A DNA stretch of 64,000 bases from Flectonema sp. DT1601 (taxonomy: Eukaryota): the NCBI GenBank assembly GCA_964019425.1, contig OZ025790.1, positions 434,001 through 498,000 on the forward strand. The letters run 5' to 3'. A program made the position numbers and the translations under genes. Positions 33,943-43,600 of the stretch are shown one piece after another. The notes below the pieces were generated by a model. It did not search any database. It was not told where the DNA came from and saw nothing but the letters and a program-made list of their open reading frames with translations. The stretch's first letter is position 1. Each line of letters opens with the position of its first letter.

Positions 33943-34770
33943 ATGCAAGTTATTGTGACGTGCCCTGATTGGGGACTCCCCGCAGTGGCAGTGACAGCTG
34001 GTGCTGATTCCGTTGTGAGTGACGTGTTGACGGCGGCGGCTGGGGAGTGGGATGTCGATCCGGAGGAAGTTGAACTCTCGTTTGCTGGTGATACCCTTTG
34101 CGAAACTGAGCGGCTTGCAGATCATGGAGTGGTTGTAAACAGCGAGTTGGTAATGGCGAGGAAACAGTTTAGAATATTCGATAAAGACTGGTTTGATGAT
34201 GAAGTAAAACAAGAGAAGCTGCTTCATTGGATCAAAGACCACATTACGGAGAATTTATGTCTGGACACCCCCACATTCACAGAAGATGGTTGCCTCACTG
34301 TTGACGGTATCCTGGCATTTGAGGGAGGATATATACCTATAGTAGTCAAACGGATTTCGTTCCGCAATTCAAATTCTGAAGTCCGAACCATCGGAGACTC
34401 ATTCTTAGCGAGATATTCTTCACTCACTACACTTGACCTCGCTGGTCTGAATAATGTCACAAAAATTGGATGTTCGTTCTTACAAGGCTGTTTTGCGCTG
34501 ACCTCGCTTGACGTCTCCGGTCTGAATAGTGTCACAAAAATAGGACATAGGTTCTTGGGAGGCTGCCTTGCCATCGCTTCGCTTGACCTCACTGTTTTTA
34601 ATAGTGTGATTGCTATCGGAGAGAACTTTCTCACAGGTTGTGAAGGACTTCAATCAGTTCAGGTACCTGAAAACAATAGTTCTCTGTTTATGGAAAGGTC
34701 TAAAGTATTAGAACAACTATTACCGAACTTGAACCCCACCAAGGAATGCAACAAAAGGTCTAAGGGATAG
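33943..34770 (+). CDS. Ubiquitin-like domain + BspA-like leucine-rich-repeat protein
   Basis: N-terminal LSFAGDTL...LADHGV (Ubl-like); 24-aa repeats IGxxFLxGCxxLTSLDLxxLNxVTK. Confidence 0.75.
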   Translation: MQVIVTCPDWGLPAVAVTAGADSVVSDVLTAAAGEWDVDPEEVELSFAGDTLCETERLADHGVVVNSELVMARKQFRIFDKDWFDDEVKQEKLLHWIKDHITENLCLDTPTFTEDGCLTVDGILAFEGGYIPIVVKRISFRNSNSEVRTIGDSFLARYSSLTTLDLAGLNNVTKIGCSFLQGCFALTSLDVSGLNSVTKIGHRFLGGCLAIASLDLTVFNSVIAIGENFLTGCEGLQSVQVPENNSSLFMERSKVLEQLLPNLNPTKECNKRSKG

Positions 34771-34908
34771 TAATATAGAAGCGGGCGACGTTGACTACGA
34801 ATTGATGGGCTTACCGTGGGAACAATCGATGTACAGAAGGAATAGTAGACAGGACGATTCGTACACGCGAGTGTCGTACGGAAATGACAAAGTCACATAT
34901 TTATAACT

Positions 34909-35188
34909 GGAGTGACCACGAGTTCGGGAAGTGTTTCGACCTGATTCCGTACGACATCCTCCTGAAATTAGTGAAGGAGTTGGGCCTCAGCTAAGATCCT
35001 GAGACCTGTGACGGATGTCTACCGCGACTCAGAAGGATTCAAGTTTCCGAACGAGGTCGGGAATTTGCCACCACCAACGGTATACCACAAGGTTGTCTGT
35101 TCAGTGTGACGCACTGAGCTCGGCACTCAGCAAGGCAATCGAGGAGGAGGCCAATGTGACGCCCGGATCGTGCGCGGATGACCTGACG
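34909..35188 (+). pseudogene. Decayed reverse-transcriptase fragment related to the element at 1061-8083
   Basis: Frameshifted GVTT, GKCFDLIPYDILLKLV, TTNGIPQGC, LSKAIEEE...GSCADDLT versus GVTTDFKKCFDLVPHGILLSLV, TTNGILQGC, LSKAIEQE...ESYADDLT in ORF2. Confidence 0.85.
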
Positions 35189-35431
35189 GTGTTTCTATCT
35201 CTTGTGATTAAGGGCGAGAAGTGTTTCCTTTTTAGGAGGGAATTCTGCTGCCAATTATTCGAAAGAGAATTGTTTTTATTATTTATGTCTTTTATTACAA
35301 GTTTCTTATACTAAATAACGATTCCATTTACAATAGATATTTGTATATCCTGAAACAGTAGTGGTGGTGGTAGTGAAGTCTTTTTGATTATATTTATCTC
35401 CCTACAGATATTCAACTTTACCACAGTAACT

Positions 35432-37201
35432 ATGAAGAGAGCTACTTGCAGTGCCGCGAGGGCAATGAGATGCGCTGCTGCTGCGTCAGTTGTATCTGCG
35501 CCAATTACTTCGAAGACTGCTGCCATGTCTTCGCAGATGAGATTTGCTGGTGAGGCTGCTGCCAAGAGTGGATTCAAGAGTACTCCACTTGTTGGACACG
35601 TTCACTCCATTGACGGAACCATCGCTACCGTCGCCCCTGCTGGAGTTGGAGGATCAGCTTCCTTCAACTCAGTTGTTAAGATTCAGACTTCAAAGGAAAC
35701 CGAGAAGGGAGTTGCTCACGCTGTCGTCTTTAACTTGAACAAGGACGGATCGATTGGTGTTATTTTATTGGACAACACTGACGCTGTCAGATCTGGTCAG
35801 CCAGTTTACGCCACCGAGGAATTATTGAAGATTCCTGTCGGTTTCGGAGTTCTCGGAAAGGTTATCAACCCTCTCGGTCATGAGATCCCAACTTCAGCGA
35901 TCCAGAGATCCCGTCCATGTTTCAACGATGAGATTGGTCAGGTTGATGTTCCAGCTCCAAATATCATTCAGAGACAGCCTGTCAACTACAACTTGACTAC
36001 TGGATTCAAGGTTGTCGACACTATGATCCCAATTGGTAGAGGACAGCGTGAGTTGATTGTCGGAGACAGACAGACTGGTAAGACTTCGATCGCTGTGTCG
36101 ACTATCATCAACCAGGTTCGTGTTAACCAGCAGACCCTTCGTAAGAACAACGTTGTGTCTGTTTACGTGTCTGTTGGTCAGCGTTGCTCAAACGTTGCCC
36201 GTATCTACAGAATGTTGGACTTGTACAACGCCCTTCAGTACTCTGTCATCATGGCTGCCACTGCTGCCGACCCTGCTGGTCTTCAGTACCTTGCTCCGTT
36301 CTCTGGAGTCACTATCTGTGAGAAGTTTAGAGACGCAGGACGTCACTCCCTTATTATCTACGATGACTTGTCAAAGCAGGCTGTTGCTTACCGTCAGTTG
36401 TCTTTGTTGTTGAGAAGACCTCCAGGTCGTGAGGCGTACCCTGGTGACGTTTTCTACCTCCACTCTCGTCTTCTTGAGAGAGCTGCTATGATGTCTCCTG
36501 GTATGGGAGGAGGTTCATTGACTGCCCTTCCAATTGTTGAGACTCTCTCTAACGATGTTACCGCCTACATTGTTACTAACGTCATCTCTATTACTGATGG
36601 TCAGATCTACCTTGACGCTAAGTTGTTTACTGGAGGTCAGAGACCTGCTGTTAACATCGGTCTGTCTGTCTCACGTGTTGGATCTGCTGCCCAGAACGAG
36701 GCCATGAAGAAGGTTTCAACTGAACTGAAGAAGATCATTGCTGAGTACAGAAAGTTGGCTGCTGACTCTGTCGGAGGACAGTCAGTGATGTCGATGGAGA
36801 TGGTGAGAGGATCAAGATTCGTTGCGATGTTCAACCAGAAGGGACCATCATACTTCCTTCACGCTATCGTTGCTTTGTACGCCTGTCTCGGAGGATACAT
36901 GGACGACGTTAAGTTGAACTACGTTAAGTTCTACGAGTACCTCCTCGTTCACAAAGATCTTTCAATCCTTTACAACAACGCGCAGAACAAGTTCTTCTAC
37001 ATGTACGTCACTGCCTTGAACTACCTCGTTAGATTCTTTACTCTTAAGCACGCTCCTCTTAAGAATGAGTTGGATGATATGTTGAAGTCACACACTTCAA
37101 TCTTCTTAACTCATTACCAGGCGAGAATGAACCTAATCAAGACTGACAAGGAATTAGTTGCTCTTAAGAACTTGTTGTACTCATGCAAGCGTTCCGTCTA
37201 A
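35432..37201 (+). CDS. ATP1: Mitochondrial F1 ATP synthase subunit alpha (nuclear-encoded, euglenozoan type)
   Basis: Presequence; GRGQRELIVGDRQTGKT; RRPPGREAYPGDVFYLHSRLLER; VGLS-type SVSRVGSAAQ motif; divergent C-terminus like kinetoplastid alpha. Confidence 0.97.
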   Translation: MKRATCSAARAMRCAAAASVVSAPITSKTAAMSSQMRFAGEAAAKSGFKSTPLVGHVHSIDGTIATVAPAGVGGSASFNSVVKIQTSKETEKGVAHAVVFNLNKDGSIGVILLDNTDAVRSGQPVYATEELLKIPVGFGVLGKVINPLGHEIPTSAIQRSRPCFNDEIGQVDVPAPNIIQRQPVNYNLTTGFKVVDTMIPIGRGQRELIVGDRQTGKTSIAVSTIINQVRVNQQTLRKNNVVSVYVSVGQRCSNVARIYRMLDLYNALQYSVIMAATAADPAGLQYLAPFSGVTICEKFRDAGRHSLIIYDDLSKQAVAYRQLSLLLRRPPGREAYPGDVFYLHSRLLERAAMMSPGMGGGSLTALPIVETLSNDVTAYIVTNVISITDGQIYLDAKLFTGGQRPAVNIGLSVSRVGSAAQNEAMKKVSTELKKIIAEYRKLAADSVGGQSVMSMEMVRGSRFVAMFNQKGPSYFLHAIVALYACLGGYMDDVKLNYVKFYEYLLVHKDLSILYNNAQNKFFYMYVTALNYLVRFFTLKHAPLKNELDDMLKSHTSIFLTHYQARMNLIKTDKELVALKNLLYSCKRSV

Positions 37202-37904
37202 GAAAGTTGAGAAATCATTTCACTCCCTCCTGGTTTTACCCTTCCCTGATCAATGTCTTTTCGCAAACACTTTGGGTAGAAGCGTTTTATTTTCTCTTTT
37301 TCTTTTTCCCCGTCCTCGAGTCACTATTCCCCTTTTTGTGTTTTTTTTTTTTTTTTTTTTTTTTTACGGGATGGTTGAAATAAAAAAAAATTGAAAAAAA
37401 AAAAAAAAAAAAAAAAAAAGAGTTAATGGGTGGGACTTGGGCAAGATTTTTATTTCATTTTGTATCTATGCGGATTCGAACTCGTGTAACTTACAATGAA
37501 TGAACAGTGTTTTTTTTATTTAGTGTGGGTCTTCCAAGCCTCGAGATCAGAGTAACAGCTGGGTTGCTTTCTTCATTTTCATTTTGGAGATTGCCTTTTT
37601 CTTTTTTACTCATTTCGTTTTATTTTCTTTTTTTTGGTTTTTCCTCGTGGCAAAGAACGTTAAAAAAAAAATGACCCCAAAAAAAAAAAAAAAAAAAAAA
37701 AAAGATTTTGCATTCGTGTTTCATGTTGCAGATTGGTTGGTTTTGCAGTTCATCAAAAAAGTATGAAAAATCATTAACGACACAGGTAATAAAAAAACAA
37801 ATAAATATCCGATGCGATGTATTTTATGAGGTGATTATGTATTTATTTTATTTTTATATAGGAACAGCGTGTGAAGGGGATTTTAAAAAAAAAAAAAAAA
37901 AAAA

Positions 37905-38672
37905 ATGAAAGAAGGGGATTCGAACCCACACTCAAGGGGTGATAACATAACGGCTTTTTTCTTCTTTGTATTCGCTATGCTTGCTAATTGTTTTACATTG
38001 AATTTCACGAATGATAGAATGCCTAATCCTGTAGAGACACCACCACTTCGTGATGTTGGTTTTGACATCATTCCTGTCATAAGATTACAGTTTATAACTG
38101 ATGCGATGTTGGGGTTCTTTAACTTAGCAATCGGGCTAATGTACTTGAACTTTATGATTGCTGAGGGTAACTTAGCTAAAGCGAGGGGTTTGTGGAACAG
38201 GTATTTTGTTGTGTGGGGTATTGCGATGTACATGAGAAGTATGAGTATCGCTCTAACGTCTTTACCACCGACTGACAATCATTGTCAGAATCCGCGGCAG
38301 ATAGTTAATATTGTTGAGAATACTCTTCTTGGATTTTTTACTTTTGGAGGAAAAAACATCCACTGCGGAGATCTAATGTTCTCAGGACACACAATCAATA
38401 TAATTAATGCGTTGTGTCATATCTTGTCTTCGGGTAGAAAGTTTCCAGTTGTTGTGGGAACTGCAATTCTCTGTGCCATGATGTGTTTATTTTTAATAAT
38501 CGCTTCACGTTCTCACTACACTGTAGATGTGTACATTGCCTGTTGTATTACCACACTTGCGTTTAAAAGTACAGGAGAGTGTTTACCCCAAGCTCTTCTT
38601 CCTTTATCAAACTTAATCAGTCGGGTTATTGGTGAACAGGCTCCAAAAAGAAGAGCAGAATGGAATATGTAA
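37905..38672 (+). CDS. Sphingolipid synthase (SMS/IPC synthase family)
   Basis: PLRDVGF, RS...TSLP, CGDLMFSGHT, SRSHYTVDV motifs; several TM helices. Confidence 0.9.
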   Translation: MKEGDSNPHSRGDNITAFFFFVFAMLANCFTLNFTNDRMPNPVETPPLRDVGFDIIPVIRLQFITDAMLGFFNLAIGLMYLNFMIAEGNLAKARGLWNRYFVVWGIAMYMRSMSIALTSLPPTDNHCQNPRQIVNIVENTLLGFFTFGGKNIHCGDLMFSGHTINIINALCHILSSGRKFPVVVGTAILCAMMCLFLIIASRSHYTVDVYIACCITTLAFKSTGECLPQALLPLSNLISRVIGEQAPKRRAEWNM

Positions 38673-39616
38673 TGGCGGGGAGGGAGTACCAATGTTACTA
38701 AGGTGTTATCACTCCCTTCTCTGTTATATAGGAAAAGGTTCGTTTTTTTTTTTTTTAAATTACATTTTTTAACAAGGTATTGTTAAAAAAAAAAAGAAAA
38801 AGAATGTTGCGGCAGCATCCTTTGGCTTGTATCAGATTGAGTCGGTTATTACGGTTTCGGACAAACATATCTTGTAAGTTTGCTTTCTTCCAGCTTGGGG
38901 AGACCGGTGGCTCCCTCATCATTTTTTATTATTATTATTATTTTACTAACTATCCTCGACGAAACCCTTTGAAATTTGAAAGACCTGTACGTTCTGTTAT
39001 GTTTACAGGATACTATCCAATTTTTTACAATTTCTTTTTTCTCTCTTCCGTTAGTGTATCCAACTTTCACTATCTAAGATTTACTGGGGGTGCTGTTGTT
39101 TTGGGTAATAAAAAACCGATCTTGGTTCACCCCTTTTTAACGGGAAAAAAAATTAATTTTTTCACAACGCTCACTCTCATTTTTGTTTTATTGCTGTTTC
39201 AGGACAAACGATTGTGTCACCAGCAGCTGGTTGCTTCATCCATTTGGTGGTGGGGGGGGGGAATCCTTTTTTTTTTTTTTTTAAAAAGGAAAAAAAAAGG
39301 TACACTACTGCCATGATATTCTTCTATAATAACACAATTATCTAAGAGAGGAGGGGAAGAGTATTCGTTTTTTTGGTCTTCTTGAGTTTGGAAGTTTTTT
39401 TTTTTTTTTTTTTTTTTTGCAGTCAACCTGCTCAATGAAAAAGATGATTTTTTCATCAGTCTACTGTAATTGGGAATAGAAAATATTAACCTTTTTTCCC
39501 CCTCTATTTCTGCAGTCAATACAACGCAATATATTTCTTATCTGATGAAAACGACGAGTTATTGTATAATCTGTTTTTCATTATTTTCTTTTATCCTTAT
39601 CGCAGATTGATATATC

Positions 39617-40447
39617 ATGTCTTTACACCCTCTCTCTGTAGCCCTTTCTTCAATTGAGACGAATTCGTTGCTTAAACAATTGTATCCTCCAAAAAATAAA
39701 TTAAAATTGTGGAATTACGATGGAGCTTTGTGTCATGTCGCAACATACGTCTTAACTGACACTAACAAACTAATAGTGAATAGGAGTGGAATGAAGTTAT
39801 CTGCTAAAATAAAAACAGCTGGGGGTTGTAATTACCCAAACGGTGTTCCAAGAATGGTGAATTCCCTTCGGTTGGAATTAATGGATGAGTTTGGTTTGAT
39901 ATTAACACCAGAAAACATGTTGAGGATCTCACCGTTATATATATTGAATGGACCGAGAAACAGAAGTACTCTCTTACAAGTTGTCTTAGTAAGGGAGGAT
40001 AAATTAGGATTGTTGTGGAATCCTGAGAGAGCGAGGAGTCTTGCAAAACGCAAGAAAGACGTTCCGTCAGATATCGAAAAAGCAACCCCAGAAATAATAA
40101 ACCTCGGATCAGGAACGGTTAAGAAGGTATCTTTGAATGACGTAATGCACTCAAAGGATAGTTGGAGACGGTGTGATTGGACTTCTCTCACTGCTCTTGA
40201 TTCTGCTGGGGTGTTCTCTTCCCTGCTCTCTAATGAAACAGTTGATAATAAAGTTTTGATTATTACTTCTCAATCACACCCAACCACACCTCTTATGAAT
40301 AATCTTGTGGAAGTACTCAACTCAACCTCAATGTCACCACTACGAGATGTCGCGATGCTTCCTTGGAAACCAATTATGTGGGCAGACGCAGAACCGCTTC
40401 AGACAGCAGACGGAATTCAAAGACTCAACAGGGAAGACAGACTGTAG
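39617..40447 (+). CDS. Hypothetical protein with a degenerate Nudix-like box
   Basis: AGG...LRLELMDEFGL resembles GX5EX7REUXEEXGU but lacks key residues. Confidence 0.5.
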   Translation: MSLHPLSVALSSIETNSLLKQLYPPKNKLKLWNYDGALCHVATYVLTDTNKLIVNRSGMKLSAKIKTAGGCNYPNGVPRMVNSLRLELMDEFGLILTPENMLRISPLYILNGPRNRSTLLQVVLVREDKLGLLWNPERARSLAKRKKDVPSDIEKATPEIINLGSGTVKKVSLNDVMHSKDSWRRCDWTSLTALDSAGVFSSLLSNETVDNKVLIITSQSHPTTPLMNNLVEVLNSTSMSPLRDVAMLPWKPIMWADAEPLQTADGIQRLNREDRL

Positions 40448-40667
40448 CTGATGATCTACATCTTGTGAGGAGATACCCATCTAGCCTTTTACTGTATCTC
40501 TCCTGGTGGACTGCCGGTTTTCTTTTTTTATTTTTTCGTATGCTTTTCCCCCGCCAGAGGACAGTTTGTCCTTAGTAAAATATACGAAAGTGGTTGTATT
40601 GGTTATTAATAAGTTGTTTTTACTCTATTTTTCAAAAACAAGAGGGTCTGGGAGGGGGGCACAAAAC

Positions 40668-43600
40668 ATGAGTCGGTTGCTTCGACGAATTGCGCCTTCT
40701 GGCCTGCTGTTGAGAAACAGATCGCTGTTGCTTTCTGCAGTTGCTGCGTCTAAACCGAATGATGTTCCCCGTGTGAGTGGTAGTGTAACTGAAATAATAC
40801 CTCCGGTATTAAAGAGTAGTAGTCTTAAGGCTGCTGCTGCGACGAAGAAGCGAACCTCAGCGAAAAACATAAATACTAAATCAAAAGAACATGACGAAAA
40901 GGTACCCCCAAATGACAGCCTGCCAGTGCTAACTACTTTTGGGGAGATGTCAATCGTAGAAGCAGAAATAGTCTTACAGAAGATCTTTAAAACTAAATCT
41001 CCGACTACGATCGGTGAATGGATTCCAGTTGTTACAAAACATATGAAAAAGTGGACATCCAGCAGCTCTTTATTAGATAATTCAATGTCTGTTCACAGGG
41101 TATTATATACCCATTTAAATGAGGTGAATAAAGACACGTTTAGTCACATAATTTTCCCTTCTGAATCGAAGTTATTTGGAACCGGATTTAATGTTTTTGT
41201 GAGTAAAGTATTATCAGGTTCTTGTATCTATTCTAAAGTTGTATTTTCACAGCTGGTTGAGTTTTGGTCTGCATTGCCGAAGCCTGTTAAGGAGGGATTT
41301 GCTTGTGAAGAATCAATTACGAATGATTTAACAGTGATTGAAGAAACAAAAGAACTCATTGATAAGTGGAATAAAAAAAATCCAGAAGAAAGTTTGGATG
41401 AAAACTTGATTTCGGATTTTAATTTTTGGTTATCTGAAGACTGTGACGGTCGTCGAAAAGAGATTGCTGTTTCTGAGTTAAAGTCCGACAGTTTCATTCA
41501 CAGCAATCTTACGCTTTTCGCTAAACCAGAAGAGCTGTTTTTTGAGCCTACAAAAGTGATACAGACATTCTTAGACTTATCAGTAAAAGAGAGAAGCCTC
41601 CTCCATAACAAACCTCTCAAAAAAGACAAAGGTCGTCCATCAATTACAAGACTCGCAGTCTTTCCTTTCTGGCATTTCTGCTTTGAAAAAAGTAACGATA
41701 GTTGGAAAAAATATAAAATAAAACTTGATATGACAACCGTCAATCAGGCTCGGGAAAAATGGTCACTTCTCGATGAGCGTGATAAGTTACCTTACTATGT
41801 GAAAGCAAGAGGGTGTCTCCGTCTCCAGAAAAGCGTATGTCTTGTTGTGTTCCTATTGCTGTTTTGAAAATAAATATCTGCGCGGAGAATCACCAGAGTT
41901 TTAAAAAAAAAAAAAAAAAACAGCTGAAATTCAACAATCTTCCGCAAATAAATGGTCAAACACTTTTCGCATCTGAGACGGGATTAGAGAACAGAGAATA
42001 TGTGGTGTGTATTTCTATTTTCTCGTCGATTTTTCTTTTTTCAAATCTTTTTTTTATTCCCCAACATGTCATTGAAGGCGTACCTTCTCTGTTCTCCTCA
42101 GCGACAGAGACGGCAGTACGACATGTGAGATCCCCTCACCTTGAGAAAAGTATTTTTTAAACCTTTAACATCCCCAACATGTCATTGAAGGCGTACCTTC
42201 TCTGTTCTCCTCAGCGACAGAGACAGCAGTACGACATGTGAGATCCCCTCACTTTGAGAAAAGTATTTTTTGAACCTTTAACATCCCCAACATGTCATTG
42301 AAGGCGTACCTTCTCTGTTCTCCTCAGCGACAGAGACGGCAGTACGACATGTGAGATCCCCTCACCTTGAGAAAAGTATTTTTTGAACCTTTCACATCCC
42401 CAACATGTCATTGAAGGCGTACCTTCTCTGTTCTCCTCAGCGACAGAGACGGCAGTACGACATGTGAGATCCCCTCACTTTGAGAAAAGTATTTTTTGAA
42501 CCTTTAGCATCCCCAACATGTCATTGAAGGCGTACCTTCTCTGTTCTCCTCAGCGACAGAGACGGCAGTACGACATGTGAGATCCCCTCACTTTGAGAAA
42601 AGTATTTTTTGAACCTTTAGCATCCCCAACATGTCATTGAAGGCGTACCTTCTCTGTTCTCCTCAGCGACAGAGACGGCAGTACGACATGTGAGATCCCC
42701 TCACCTTGAGAAAAGTATTTTTTGAACCTTTAACATCCCCAACATGTCATTGAAGGCGTACCTTCTCTGTTCTCCTCAGCGACAGAGACGGCAGTACGAC
42801 ATGTGAGATCCCCTCACTTTGAGAAAAGTATTTTTTAAACCTTTAGCATCCCCAACATGTCATTGAAGGCGTACCTTCTCTGTTCTCCTCAGCGACAGAG
42901 ACGGCAGTACGACATGTGAGATCCCCTCACTTTGAGAAAAGTATTTTTTGAACCTTTAGCATCCCCAACATGTCATTGAAGGCGTACCTTCTCTGTTCTC
43001 CTCAGCGACAGAGACGGCAGTACGACATGTGAGATCCCCTCACTTTGAGAAAAGTATTTTTTGAACCTTTAACATCCCCAACATGTCATTGAAGGCGTAC
43101 CTTCTCTGTTCTCCTCAGCGACAGAGACGGCAGTACGACATGTGAGATCCCCTCACCTTGAGAAAAGTATTTTTTAAACCTTTAACATCCCCAACATGTC
43201 ATTGAAGGCGTACCTTCTCTGTTCTCCTCAGCGACAGAGACGGCAGTACGACATGTGAGATCCCCTCACCTTGAGAAAAGTATTTTTTGAACCTTTAACA
43301 TCCCCAACATGTCATTGAAGGCGTACCTTCTCTGTTCTCATTAGCGACAGAGACGGCAGTACGACATGTGAGATCCCCTCACTTTGAAAATTCAACATGT
43401 GTTTAGCGTTCCTCGTACTGCTGCTTGTGTGTGATACGAGGCATTCAGCCGTGTGAGACTTGCTTTTACTGCTATTTATTATTTGTCGATTGACGGAAGA
43501 TGTTTGTTACCTTTGTCCTCAACGTGTGTTTAGCGTTCCTCGTACTGCTGCTTGTGCAGTGAGAGGCATTCAGCCGCGTGAGATTTATTTTTAACTTCCC

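Noticed and set aside
42090..42110. Minus-strand CUGAGGA/CUAAUGA resembling a hammerhead core
   Set aside because: No GAAA after a stem II and no three-way junction
43410..43452. Family B similarity to the antisense of the sarcin-ricin loop and of LSU GGCUGAACGCCUCU
   Set aside because: These bases lie largely in the covarying upper stem and in the wrong order for an rRNA fragment; the pocket-based target fits better
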